Shown: one piece after another, positions 53,055 to 61,699 of the stretch
Numbering within the stretch: the first letter of the stretch is position 1
How the letters are laid out: each line of letters starts with the position of its first letter
DNA from: Candidatus Omnitrophota bacterium
GTDB taxonomy: Bacteria; Omnitrophota; Gorgyraeia; JABMRN01; RBG-13-46-9
Assembly: GCA_016782445.1 (NCBI GenBank)
Contig: JADHYM010000002.1
Coordinates: forward strand, 583-64,582
Direction of reading: 5' to 3'
Length of the DNA: 64,000 bases
Program-made: the position numbers and the translations under genes
Notes under the pieces: model-generated
The model's input: only the letters and a program-made list of their open reading frames with translations
What the model was told of the DNA's origin: nothing
Database searches by the model: none

Positions 53055-53969
53055 ATGCATGATTTAACTATGATATTACTGGCTCCCGCAAAGGTAAATT
53101 TGCACCTTAGAGTTATCAAGAGAAGGCCTGATGGCTACCACGACATCGAGACGCTGTTTGAAAAAATAGCGCTTTTCGACAAAATAACCCTCCGGCCCTC
53201 AAAAAAAATAAAAATACGTTCTAAAAACCACAATATCCCTACCGGCAAAAACAGTCTTCTTTACAGGGCAGCCGTTGCTTTTAAGGAGAGATTCAATGTC
53301 TCAAAAGGCGTGGAAGTACGCCTCGAAAAACGCATTCCCGTAGCCGCAGGTTTCGGCGGCGGCTCTTCCGACGCGGCCAGCCTTTTAAAAGGCTTAGCAA
53401 TGATGTGGCTTGGAAAGTTCAATATGGAAGATCTTATGAAAATTGCCGGGAAACTCGGAGCTGACATACCGTTTTTCTTAAGCGACTCTTCTTTTGCCTA
53501 CGCCCGCGGCATAGGCGATAAAATTAAGCCGCTTTCTTTACGGAATAAATTCTGGCACCTTATAGTTTGTCCGCCAAAAAAGCTTCTATCCGGCGACGTC
53601 TATTCAAGCTACGACCGAAAGCGTTCTTACTTGACAAAGCGGCCGCGTCTTATTAGAATACTATCCCCCGCCCCTGACGGGTCGGGCAGGCCCGCTGCCA
53701 AAAGGGCGCTCGGATATGATATTATGGAAAGTCTTCTTTTTAATGATCTTGAACGGGCAGTTATCAAAATATCTCCTCTCGTAGGAAAGCTTAAAGAATT
53801 TATCAAGGGCTTGAACCTGCCGCATACGCTGGTTTCGGGAAGCGGCCCTGGTATTTTTAGTTTGTTCAAGGAAAGGAAGGAGGCTCTGATTGCGAGAGAT
53901 GCGCTGGTCAAAGGGCTCCCTTTTGTGAGAAAAAAGGGCTGGCAGATCTTTGTTGTATCGACTGTATGA
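53055..53969 (+). CDS. ispE: 4-diphosphocytidyl-2-C-methyl-D-erythritol kinase
   Basis: APAKVNLHLRVIKRRPDGYHDIETLF, the GHMP motif IPVAAGFGGGSSDAAS, and SGSGPGIFSLF. Confidence 0.9.
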   Translation: MHDLTMILLAPAKVNLHLRVIKRRPDGYHDIETLFEKIALFDKITLRPSKKIKIRSKNHNIPTGKNSLLYRAAVAFKERFNVSKGVEVRLEKRIPVAAGFGGGSSDAASLLKGLAMMWLGKFNMEDLMKIAGKLGADIPFFLSDSSFAYARGIGDKIKPLSLRNKFWHLIVCPPKKLLSGDVYSSYDRKRSYLTKRPRLIRILSPAPDGSGRPAAKRALGYDIMESLLFNDLERAVIKISPLVGKLKEFIKGLNLPHTLVSGSGPGIFSLFKERKEALIARDALVKGLPFVRKKGWQIFVVSTV

Positions 53970-53982
53970 AGGAGGAAGCAAG

Positions 53983-54489
53983 ATGGAAATCACTGATGTA
54001 AAGGTTGTGCTGAAGGAAGGTGTTGATAAAAAACTTAAGGCTTACGCTACGATCACACTCGACAACTGTTTTGTCGTGAGAAACGTAAAGATCATACAGG
54101 GCACAAAAGGCCTTTTTGTAGCCATGCCTTCCAGGAAATTGAGAGAAGCATGCCCTAAATGTAATCACAAAAATCCCATGCGAAGCAGGCACTGCAATCA
54201 GTGCGGATCGGCCATGCCGCCTCCGAGACAGGAGCCGCAGGTCCAGGACAAGGTGCGGCAGTCGGAACACAGGGATATCGCCCATCCCATAACCCTGGAA
54301 TGCAGAACGTATATCCAGAAAAAGGTTTTGGAAGCCTATGAAAAAGAAGAAAAATCAGGCCCTCGGCCCCTGGCAAAACAGGATGTTCCGGCCGAGAAAA
54401 AGCCTTTGTCTCCAGCACCTCCTGTGTCCCCTACGCCTCCCGTTGACAAAGCAAGGAAGATCGAGGAAGAGGGGGATATACGGCTGTAA
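53983..54489 (+). CDS. spoVG: SpoVG-family protein with an inserted zinc ribbon and a Pro-rich C-terminal extension
   Basis: MEITDVKVVL...KAYATITLDNCFVVRNVKIIQGTKGLFVAMPSRK ... RDIAHPIT matches SpoVG. CPKC-x11-CNQC is inserted where SpoVG normally has a short loop. The ATG at 53983 has GAAGGAGG upstream. Confidence 0.85.
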   Translation: MEITDVKVVLKEGVDKKLKAYATITLDNCFVVRNVKIIQGTKGLFVAMPSRKLREACPKCNHKNPMRSRHCNQCGSAMPPPRQEPQVQDKVRQSEHRDIAHPITLECRTYIQKKVLEAYEKEEKSGPRPLAKQDVPAEKKPLSPAPPVSPTPPVDKARKIEEEGDIRL

Positions 54490-54497
54490 AATAATTA

Positions 54498-54610
54498 CGT
54501 CGGCCGGGCGCGTCGCGGGAATCGGTTGCGCCGATGGGTTGCGTGGTGTAAATACACGCAATCGAACGACGACTGACGTTTCGCGCGACGCAACCGCAAC
54601 CGACAGACGA
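54498..54610 (+). repeat. GC-rich palindromic intergenic element, copy B, ending 5 nt before tRNA-Gln
   Basis: gcgtcgcgggaatcggttgcgccgatgggttgcgtggtgtaaatacacgcaatcgaacgacgactgacgtttcgcgcgacgcaaccgcaaccgac aligns with copies A and C. Confidence 0.85.
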
Positions 54611-54615
54611 TTCGG

Positions 54616-54689
54616 TGCCCGGTAGTGTAACGGTAGCACACGAGCTTTTGGAGCTCGGCGTCTAGGTTCGAATCCTAGCTGGGCAACCA
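54616..54689 (+). tRNA. tRNA-Gln (anticodon UUG) with encoded CCA
   Basis: Acceptor tgcccgg/ctgggca (U1:A72, as in E. coli tRNA-Gln), anticodon loop ttTTGga, T-arm ctagg-ttcgaat-cctag. Confidence 0.88.
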
Positions 54690-54855
54690 AATAATGAAGC
54701 ATTTCCAAAAGAAATGATTCATTATTTGCTACAGGCTTGTGATTCGAAGCGAGCGAGCGCCGACCCATAGGGAGGAAGAGGCCGTAAGTCCGAAAGGACC
54801 GGCCGACAGCGAGTGAGGGGAGCCTACGCAGGCGAGCTCTGCGAGCCGTAGTAGG

Positions 54856-54874
54856 CGAATCCTAGCTGGGCAAC
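54856..54874 (+). repeat. Duplicated 3' end of tRNA-Gln (19 bp identical to 54669-54687)
   Basis: cgaatcctagctgggcaac occurs twice, separated by 168 bp of GC-rich, hairpin-rich sequence. Confidence 0.85.
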
Positions 54875-54989
54875 TTCTGCTTCGCCATGATGCTTTCGCT
54901 CATGGCTTCGCAGGAATTCTCATTTTAGTTACATGAAGCAGAAGTTGTTCCTTCGAAGCCAAAGGCGAAAGTACTTTGGCGAAGAAGAA
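54875..54989. repeat. Cargo-less tRNA-linked inverted-repeat element joined to the duplicated tRNA-Gln 3' end
   Basis: The left arm is identical to 6789-6833. The right arm is gttccttcgaagccAAAGgcgaaagtaCTTTggcgaagaagaa. It is flanked by caac on both sides, and cca follows the right-hand copy. Confidence 0.8.
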
Positions 54990-55012
54990 CAACCATAGAG
55001 GTTTAGGAAATT

Positions 55013-56260
55013 ATGAAAAACGTAGCAGCAATAATACTGGCAGCCGGACTTGGGACAAGAATGAAGTCCTCTATCCCGAAGGTCCTGCACAAGGTTCACT
55101 CAAGGCCGATGCTTGAGCTGGTTCTAAATGCGCTTCGGAAAGCCGGAATAAAGAATAAGCTTCTTGTAATAAGCCCGGAAACACGGTCCGTGAAAAAGGC
55201 ATTCCCGTATTTAAAAGTCGCCTTACAGCCAAGGCCGCTTGGAAGCGGAGATGCCTTGCGGCATACAAAGAAATATTTTTCCCGGTTTAAAGGGGATATT
55301 ATAGTTATATGCGGCGATACGCCTCTTATAAACGCGGAGCGAATAAAATCCCTTCTGGCTAAACACAGAAAATCGCGTTCCTCTTGTACGATTTTAACCG
55401 TGGACACGGATGATCCATCCGGGTACGGGAGAATAATCAAGGATGATTCCGGAGAGGTTTTAAAAATCGTTGAAGAAAAAGATTTGCCGGATTATGAAAG
55501 AAATATAAAAGAAATTAACGTAGGGCTCTATTGCTTTAACAAAAAAGACCTGTTCGAACATCTTAAGAAAATAAAAATAAATCCAAAAAAGAAAGAATAC
55601 TACCTGACGGACATAGTAGAGCTTTTAAAAGCTTCAAAGAAAAAGGTTTCTTCGGTTTTAAGCGATAACTCAGACGAAGCCCTGGGGATAAATTCTAAAA
55701 ACGATCTTGCAAAAGCCAATGATATTATGCGAAAAAAAACAATCTCGAAATTCATGGAGCAGGGCGTTATTGTAACCGACCCGGATTCAACCTTTATAGA
55801 TACCTCGGCTAAAATAGGAAAAGATACGGTTATTCACCGGAATACCATTATTGAAAGCGGAGTTTCTATAGGCTCTTTTTGCGAAATAGGCCCGTTTGCC
55901 AGGATAAGGCCCGGAACCAGGATAGACGATAACGCCGAAATAGGTAATTTTGTAGAACTCGTAAGAACAAAAATTGGGCGCGGGACCAAGGCAAAACACA
56001 TGTCTTATCTCGGAGATGCACATATAGGTAAAGGCGTAAACGTAGGCGCCGGAACAATAACGGCAAATTTTGACGGAAAAAATAAAAATAAAACAGTTAT
56101 AGGCGATAGGGCCTTTATAGGCGTCGGGGCTATTCTCATAGCGCCTGTTAGAATAGGCAAGGGCGCAACAGTCGGAGCCGGAAGCGTGGTGACCAGAAAT
56201 AAACATGTGCCTGCCGGCAAAACCGTGGTAGGGGTACCGGCTCGGTTACTAAAAAAATGA
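55013..56260 (+). CDS. glmU: Bifunctional UDP-N-acetylglucosamine pyrophosphorylase / glucosamine-1-phosphate acetyltransferase
   Basis: AAIILAAGLGTRMKSSIPKVLHKV N-terminal motif and C-terminal left-handed beta-helix hexapeptide repeats. Confidence 0.9.
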   Translation: MKNVAAIILAAGLGTRMKSSIPKVLHKVHSRPMLELVLNALRKAGIKNKLLVISPETRSVKKAFPYLKVALQPRPLGSGDALRHTKKYFSRFKGDIIVICGDTPLINAERIKSLLAKHRKSRSSCTILTVDTDDPSGYGRIIKDDSGEVLKIVEEKDLPDYERNIKEINVGLYCFNKKDLFEHLKKIKINPKKKEYYLTDIVELLKASKKKVSSVLSDNSDEALGINSKNDLAKANDIMRKKTISKFMEQGVIVTDPDSTFIDTSAKIGKDTVIHRNTIIESGVSIGSFCEIGPFARIRPGTRIDDNAEIGNFVELVRTKIGRGTKAKHMSYLGDAHIGKGVNVGAGTITANFDGKNKNKTVIGDRAFIGVGAILIAPVRIGKGATVGAGSVVTRNKHVPAGKTVVGVPARLLKK

Positions 56261-56261
56261 G

Positions 56262-56365
56262 TAATAACGATACGAAGGACGAAAGGACGAAAGGACGATT
56301 GGAAACGAATCGTCTATCGTCCCAGTGAGCGAAGCGAACGGTCGTTCGTTCGTCCATCGGAACTA
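56262..56365. repeat. Word-stutter element (ggacgaaa tandem units plus complementary cgttcgtcc words) between glmU and prs
   Basis: acgaaggacgaaaggacgaaaggacgattggaaacgaatcgtc...gcgaacggtcgttcgttcgtcc, including the hairpin gacgatt-ggaaacg-aatcgtc. Confidence 0.7.
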
Positions 56366-56379
56366 AGGAGGAGTTAATC

Positions 56380-57321
56380 ATGCGGGACAAACTAGCGGTA
56401 TTCGGTGGAAATGCAAATACAGAACTTCTTGGCGAGATATGCAAGCTCTTGAGGCTTAAAAAAGGCGATGCCGACATAATGCGTTTTACCGACGGAGAAG
56501 TGCAGCTAAAGATAAACGAAAATGTCCGCGGCCACGACGTCTTCGTAGTGCAGTCGACATGCTTTCCCGCGAACGATAATTTAATGGAGCTTTTAATACT
56601 TATAGATGCTTTAAAAAGGGCTTCCGCCGACAGGATAACGGCGGTGCTGCCGTATTTCGGTTATGCCAGGCAGGACCGCAAGGATCAGCCCAGGGTTCCC
56701 ATAACGGCCAAGCTAATAGCGAACCTTATAGCCCGCGCCGGGGCCAACAGGGTCCTTACGGTAGATCTTCACGCCGGGCAGATACAGGGATTTTTCGACA
56801 TACCCCTGGATCATTTGTTCGCGGTCAATATCTTCGTGGATTATTTCATCGCGAAGAAAATGGAAGATCTTGTCATTGTTTCTCCGGACGTGGGTGGAAT
56901 AAAAATGGCGAGGGCTTACGCGAAACGCTTTAAGGCGGGCCTCGCGATTGTAGACAAAAGAAGAATAAACGATAAAAAAGCAGAAGTAATGAACATCCTG
57001 GGCGAAGTAGAAGGAAAGAACGTAGTTCTCGTGGATGACATTGCGGCAACGGCCGGGAGCCTGGTAGAGGCGGCCCAGGCGCTTAAGAATAACGGCGCGC
57101 GCGACATATACGCATGCGTTACGCACCCGGTTCTTTGCGGGCCGGCAATAGAGAGGATAGAGAAGTCCGTCATAAAAGAGATGGTAGTGTCAAATACGAT
57201 TCCCGTTGAGGGGCATAAAAAAATAGACAAAATAAAAATTTTAAGCATTGCCCCTCTTCTGGCAAACGCGATAAAGCGGATCAACGGCGAAGAATCCATA
57301 AGTATTCTTTTTGACGAGTAG
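56380..57321 (+). CDS. prs: Ribose-phosphate pyrophosphokinase
   Basis: FTDGEVQLKINENVRGHDVFVVQS, YFGYARQDRK and VLVDDIAATAGS motifs. Confidence 0.95.
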   Translation: MRDKLAVFGGNANTELLGEICKLLRLKKGDADIMRFTDGEVQLKINENVRGHDVFVVQSTCFPANDNLMELLILIDALKRASADRITAVLPYFGYARQDRKDQPRVPITAKLIANLIARAGANRVLTVDLHAGQIQGFFDIPLDHLFAVNIFVDYFIAKKMEDLVIVSPDVGGIKMARAYAKRFKAGLAIVDKRRINDKKAEVMNILGEVEGKNVVLVDDIAATAGSLVEAAQALKNNGARDIYACVTHPVLCGPAIERIEKSVIKEMVVSNTIPVEGHKKIDKIKILSIAPLLANAIKRINGEESISILFDE

Positions 57322-57357
57322 AGAGAGAAAAGAAAAGATAGAAGGAAAGGTAGAATA

Positions 57358-58104
57358 ATGGAGAAAATGAAGTTAGGCGCCGAGCTGCGCGAGGAAAAAG
57401 GCAAATCGAAAGTAAAACATTTAAGAAAAACGGAACTTATTCCCGGCGTCCTTTATAAGGGCGGCAAGGAAGCGGTGAGTATAAAAATGAAAAAGAGGGG
57501 CCTCTACGATGCGCTGCATACCGCGGCCGGCGAAAACGTGCTCATATCCCTTATGATAGAGGGGAAGGGGGACAAGAAAGGCAAGAGGGACCACACCTGC
57601 ATAATAAAGGAGATCCAGCGTGATCCCTTGAAGGATGACATAATCCACGTAGATCTCAACGAGATTTCCCTGACCGATAAGCTTAAGGTCAAGGTTCCCG
57701 TGGTGTCGCACGGAGAGGCTGAGGGCACAGTAAAAGAGGGAGGCGTGCTGGATCACGTTATGTGGGAGGTTGAGGTCGAGTGTTTGCCGGCGGATATTCC
57801 GGAAAAAATCGAAGTAGAAGTTAGCCCCATGAAAATAGGCGACACTGTATATGTAAAGGACCTGCAGGTTCCACCGGCTGTAAAAATATTGAATGACCCG
57901 GAACTTACGGTGTTCAGCGTCACGCCGCCGGCAAAAGACGAAGAGCCCGCAGCTGAAGAGCTTCCCGAAGGTGCCGAGGAACCAGAGCTCATAGAAAAGG
58001 GCAAGAAGGAAGAAGAGGCGGTTGAAGGAGAGGGAAAAGAGGCGAAACCGAAGGCTAAAGAAGAGAAACCGAAGGAAGAGAAGAAAAAGGAAGAGAAGAA
58101 GTGA
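57358..58104 (+). CDS. rplY: Ribosomal protein bL25 (Ctc form) with a long Lys/Glu-rich tail
   Basis: LRKTELIPGVLYKGG, DPLKDDIIHVDL and both beta-barrel domains. The last ~60 residues are low-complexity E/K/P. Confidence 0.88.
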   Translation: MEKMKLGAELREEKGKSKVKHLRKTELIPGVLYKGGKEAVSIKMKKRGLYDALHTAAGENVLISLMIEGKGDKKGKRDHTCIIKEIQRDPLKDDIIHVDLNEISLTDKLKVKVPVVSHGEAEGTVKEGGVLDHVMWEVEVECLPADIPEKIEVEVSPMKIGDTVYVKDLQVPPAVKILNDPELTVFSVTPPAKDEEPAAEELPEGAEEPELIEKGKKEEEAVEGEGKEAKPKAKEEKPKEEKKKEEKK

Positions 58105-58230
58105 TTGCGGTTGCGTGGATCGGTCGAGGTTGCGTCTGGCGAAACGTCGGTCGTTGGACGGTTGGGGGTTTACACACGCAACCGATATACGCAGCCGATT
58201 CTCGCGACACAACCGCAGCCAACCGACGCA
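58105..58230 (-). repeat. GC-rich palindromic intergenic element, copy C (inverted orientation)
   Basis: The reverse complement reads gtcgcgagaatcggctgcgtatatcggttgcgtgtgtaaacccccaaccgtccaacgaccgacgtttcgccagacgcaac. This aligns with copies A and B. Confidence 0.85.
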
Positions 58231-58240
58231 AACGGATTAT

Positions 58241-58807
58241 ATGAAAATATTAGTCGGCCTTGGTAATCCCGGCCTTCGCTATAAAAACACGCGCCACAAC
58301 GCAGGCTTTATCGTATTAAGCGAAATAGCAAAAGAATACAGGGTAAGAATCGCGAAAAAATCGTATAAAGGCAAACTAGGCGTTGGGAACGCAGGCTCCG
58401 AGAAAACGATTTTTTTCATGCCTTATATATTTATGAACCGCTCCGGAGAGGCTGTGCTGGAGCTTTTAAAGGCGGAACGCGCGTCTCTAAAAGATCTTTT
58501 GGTAATATATGATGACATCGACCTTGACCTGGGCCTCATACGCCTCCGGGAAAAAGGCTCATCTGCGGGCCACAAGGGCCTTCAGTCAATAATCGAAGCC
58601 TTAGGGACAAGTGATTTTCCGCGGCTTCGGGTCGGAATATGTAGCGGAAAGAAGCCGTACGACGTAATTGATTTTGTCTTGAAACCCTTCAACGCGAAAG
58701 AAAAAAAGAGCTTGAAACGGGTGATAGAGGAGGCGAAAGAATGCGTGGCCGTATACCTAAAAGAAGGCGCGCTGAAGGCCATGAGCGCATTTAATAAGAG
58801 AACTTGA
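58241..58807 (+). CDS. pth: Peptidyl-tRNA hydrolase
   Basis: MKILVGLGNPGLRYKNTRHNAGF start. The longer track ORF (from 58022) runs through the rplY tail and the GC-rich repeat, and I rejected it. Confidence 0.93.
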   Translation: MKILVGLGNPGLRYKNTRHNAGFIVLSEIAKEYRVRIAKKSYKGKLGVGNAGSEKTIFFMPYIFMNRSGEAVLELLKAERASLKDLLVIYDDIDLDLGLIRLREKGSSAGHKGLQSIIEALGTSDFPRLRVGICSGKKPYDVIDFVLKPFNAKEKKSLKRVIEEAKECVAVYLKEGALKAMSAFNKRT

Positions 58808-58856
58808 TTTTACGATATTATTATGATATTATGCTAAAAATTAATGGGAGAAAGGC

Positions 58857-59141
58857 ATGAACATGAAAGAATATGAAGTCCTCTTTATCGTGGATTCCGA
58901 CAAAGAGGAACAGGAAAAGAATGCCATAAGCGCCATACATGCAATGATCGAGAAAGAAAATGGCCGCGTTATAAAAGAGGAAAGCTGGGGAAAAAAAACT
59001 CTCGTCTATCCTATTAGAAAAAGAAAAGATGGCGCTTACTATAAAATAAACTTTTCACTGGATCCCGCGAAACTGGACACCTTAAATAAATCCTACAAGC
59101 TGAACCAGGATATATTGAGAGTGATGATCGTTAAGAAATGA
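58857..59141 (+). CDS. rpsF: Ribosomal protein bS6
   Basis: YEVLFIV...WGKKTLVYPIRKRKDGAYY pattern. Lies in the conserved rpsF-ssb-rpsR-rplI order. Confidence 0.92.
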   Translation: MNMKEYEVLFIVDSDKEEQEKNAISAIHAMIEKENGRVIKEESWGKKTLVYPIRKRKDGAYYKINFSLDPAKLDTLNKSYKLNQDILRVMIVKK

Positions 59142-59150
59142 GGTGCGCGT

Positions 59151-59609
59151 ATGGCCGCTAGTTTAAACAAAGTGCTACTCATGGGAAACCTGACGAGGGA
59201 CCCGGAGCTGAGGTATATCCCGAGCGGAACGGCCGTGGCAAGTTTTGATCTGGCTGTAAATAGGGTTTACTCGAGCCAGTCGGGGGAGAAAAAGAAAGAA
59301 GTTTCCTACATACGCATAGTGACATGGGGCCGGCGCGCCGAGGTATGCGGTGAATACCTGGCAAAAGGAAGCCCGGTATTTGTTGAAGGCAGGCTTCGCT
59401 CGCGGTCATGGGAAGCCCAGGACGGCCAGAAGCGAAGCACTATAGAGGTTATAGCTAATAACGTTCAGTTCCTGCGTTCCAGTACTCAGGCTAAAAAGAC
59501 AGAAGTCCCGGCTTCTGCTAAAGAGGTGCCCGCGGAAGAAATGGAATCAATTGACTTAAACAGCCAGGCGAAGCCTGGTAGAGAGTCGGAAGGAGAAATT
59601 CCTTTTTAG
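59151..59609 (+). CDS. ssb: Single-stranded DNA-binding protein
   Basis: LNKVLLMGNLTRDPELRYIPSGTAVASFDLAVNR is the start of the OB fold. Acidic C-terminal tip ending in IPF. Confidence 0.93.
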   Translation: MAASLNKVLLMGNLTRDPELRYIPSGTAVASFDLAVNRVYSSQSGEKKKEVSYIRIVTWGRRAEVCGEYLAKGSPVFVEGRLRSRSWEAQDGQKRSTIEVIANNVQFLRSSTQAKKTEVPASAKEVPAEEMESIDLNSQAKPGRESEGEIPF

Positions 59610-59621
59610 AAAGGTTGACTT

Positions 59622-59900
59622 ATGAGAATTATGAAGAGAGGTAAAGACGCTAAAAAAAAGTTCAAGAAAAAAACCCCGAGATTTCTTTTTAAAAAGAAGA
59701 AATGCAGATTTTGCGGCGACAAGGCCCTCGAGATAAGCTATCTCAATCATTTGTTTCTACGGAAATTTACCACCGAGCGCGGAAAGATAGTGCCGTCAAG
59801 GGTTTCCGGAAACTGCGCGAAGCACCAGCGAAGGATGGCAAAAGAAATAAAAAGGGCCCGTCAGATGGCGCTCATACCCTACGTGTACGTGGGGACATAA
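59622..59900 (+). CDS. rpsR: Ribosomal protein bS18
   Basis: CRFCGD...I.Y.N...LRKF.TERGKI.P.R.SG.CAKHQR motif. Confidence 0.93.
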   Translation: MRIMKRGKDAKKKFKKKTPRFLFKKKKCRFCGDKALEISYLNHLFLRKFTTERGKIVPSRVSGNCAKHQRRMAKEIKRARQMALIPYVYVGT

Positions 59901-59901
59901 T

Positions 59902-60345
59902 ATGGAAGTCATACTTTTAACGGATCACGCCTCTTTGGGGAAATCCGGGGATACTGTACGGGTTAAAGACGGCTATGCGCACAATTTTCTTATACCGCGA
60001 AGGCTAGCTATTCCGGTTACCGAAGGCGCGCAAAAAACCGTAGAAGCCAGGAAACGCAAAGAAATCAAAAAACGCCAGAATGAAAAAAAAGCCTTCGAAG
60101 ATACTGCCGCGAAGATAAAAGGCCTCTCGCTCACACTTCCGGTGGAATCAGGTGTTGAGGACATCCTTTTTGGCTCAGTGACGAGCGAGATGGTGGCGAA
60201 TGCTTTAAGGCAGGAAAAAATTACCGTGGATAAAAGGACGATCGAGATAGAGGAGCCGATAAAAAAACTGGGAATATATAATATAGATATCAAGCTCCAT
60301 CCGGAAGTAAAAGTGAAGTTGAAAGTCTGGGTTGTTAAGAAGTAA
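59902..60345 (+). CDS. rplI: Ribosomal protein bL9
   Basis: MEVILLTDHASLGKSGDTVRVKDGYAHNFLIPRRLA start. Confidence 0.93.
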   Translation: MEVILLTDHASLGKSGDTVRVKDGYAHNFLIPRRLAIPVTEGAQKTVEARKRKEIKKRQNEKKAFEDTAAKIKGLSLTLPVESGVEDILFGSVTSEMVANALRQEKITVDKRTIEIEEPIKKLGIYNIDIKLHPEVKVKLKVWVVKK

Positions 60346-60348
60346 ATA

Positions 60349-61698
60349 ATGCCATCAACAAACCAGCTCGTAGAAAAAGTCCCTCCGCAAAATAACGAAG
60401 CTGAGGTAGCGGTCCTTGGCTCCATGCTTCTTGAACGGGACGCCATCGCCAAGGCCATAGAGCTTGTCGAAGGGCAGGCCTTTTACAAGGATGCCCACAG
60501 GAAAATATTTCTTACCGTAATAAACCTCTACGACAAAAATAAAGCTGTAGACATAGTAACCCTTACCGAAGAGCTTAAGAAAGAAGGAATTCTCGAAGAT
60601 GTGGGCGGTTCTTCCTACATAACCTCTCTTGCCTCTAGCCTCCCAACCTCGGCCAATATTGAGCACTACGCGAAGATCGTACGCGAGAAATTTATTCTCA
60701 GGAAACTGATACAGACTGCCACGAAGATCGTGACGGACAGCTTTGAATCCACCCAGGGTGTTGACATGCTTCTCGACAAAGCAGAGAGGATGATTTTCGA
60801 CATAACGGCACACAAGGTCGAGTCCAGGTTTTTCAGCATAAAGGACGTCATAAAGTCAAGCATAGAGACGATCGACAACCTGTATCAGCGGAAAGAGAAT
60901 ATAACGGGCGTCGCGACCGGCTTCCACGATTTTGATGTGCTGACGGCAGGGCTGCAGAAATCCGATTTTATTATAATGGCGGGCCGGCCGTCAATGGGAA
61001 AAAGCGCTCTTGTAAGCTGCATAACCGAGCACGTCGGCATTATAGAGAAAACGCCGCTCGCGTTTTTCAGTCTTGAAATGTCGAAGGAGCAGCTTGTCCA
61101 GAGGATGCTCTGCTCGCACGCGCGGGTTGATTCGCACAAGGTGCGTACGGGCTTTTTATCGCAGTCCGACTGGCCGAGGCTCGTCAATGCCGCCGGAAAG
61201 CTTTCAGATTCTCCTATATACATCGACGACACCCCATCAATTTCCGTACTTGAATTAAGAGCTAAGGCCCGGCGGTTAAAATCGCAATTCGACATAGGCC
61301 TTATCGTGCTCGACTACCTTCAGCTCATGCAGGGGCCGTCGGGCGTAGAAAACAGGCAGCAGGAAATATCAGAGATTTCGCGCGCGCTTAAGGCGCTCGC
61401 CAGAGAGCTTAGCGTTCCTATAATAGCGGTGAGCCAGCTTTCCCGCGCGGTGGAGCAAAGGGCGGATCACAGGCCCCTTCTTTCGGACTTGAGGGAATCC
61501 GGCGCCATAGAACAGGACGCGGACCTCGTCGTGTTACTCTTGAGAGAGGAATACTATAACCCTACCGAGGAGAACAAAGGTATAACAGATGTCATAATAG
61601 CTAAACAGCGTAACGGCCCGGTAGGGACCTTGAAGCTTGCGTTCCTCAACGAATACACGCGCTTTGAAAATCTGGCGAAAACAGAAGAGGAATTTTAA
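60349..61698 (+). CDS. dnaB: Replicative DNA helicase
   Basis: PPQNNEAEVAVLGSML start, Walker A GRPSMGKSAL, and SQLSRAVEQR and IIAKQRNGPVG motifs. Confidence 0.95.
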   Translation: MPSTNQLVEKVPPQNNEAEVAVLGSMLLERDAIAKAIELVEGQAFYKDAHRKIFLTVINLYDKNKAVDIVTLTEELKKEGILEDVGGSSYITSLASSLPTSANIEHYAKIVREKFILRKLIQTATKIVTDSFESTQGVDMLLDKAERMIFDITAHKVESRFFSIKDVIKSSIETIDNLYQRKENITGVATGFHDFDVLTAGLQKSDFIIMAGRPSMGKSALVSCITEHVGIIEKTPLAFFSLEMSKEQLVQRMLCSHARVDSHKVRTGFLSQSDWPRLVNAAGKLSDSPIYIDDTPSISVLELRAKARRLKSQFDIGLIVLDYLQLMQGPSGVENRQQEISEISRALKALARELSVPIIAVSQLSRAVEQRADHRPLLSDLRESGAIEQDADLVVLLLREEYYNPTEENKGITDVIIAKQRNGPVGTLKLAFLNEYTRFENLAKTEEEF

Positions 61699-61699
61699 G

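Noticed and set aside
53630-53720. Possible GC-rich insertion in ispE (residues TKRPRLIRILSPAPDGSGRPAAKRALG)
   Set aside because: The stretch looks compositionally odd. However, I could not find clear inverted repeats, and without an ortholog alignment I cannot delimit it. The evidence is insufficient to call.
54338-54768. Track ORFs 54338-54625 (+) and 54355-54768 (-) spanning the spoVG end, repeat copy B and tRNA-Gln
   Set aside because: They run through a repeat element and a tRNA gene. They are artefacts of GC-rich, stop-poor sequence.
54690-54874. The possibility that the segment ending in a tRNA-like 3' end is tmRNA
   Set aside because: I found no matching 5' acceptor strand (no tgccc upstream), no tag-peptide reading frame ending in a typical ...AA stop context, and the length is far too short. 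I report it only as an unexplained structured insert.
57421-58212. 263-aa minus-strand ORF antisense to rplY and the GC-rich repeat
   Set aside because: It is the mirror of the Lys/Glu-rich rplY tail (it reads as Phe/Leu-rich low complexity) and continues into a repeat element. It has no ribosome-binding site.
58022-58240. N-terminal 73-aa extension of pth in the ORF track
   Set aside because: The extension is Arg/Lys low complexity read out of frame from the rplY tail and from repeat copy C. The canonical Pth N-terminus MKILVGLGNPG starts at 58241.
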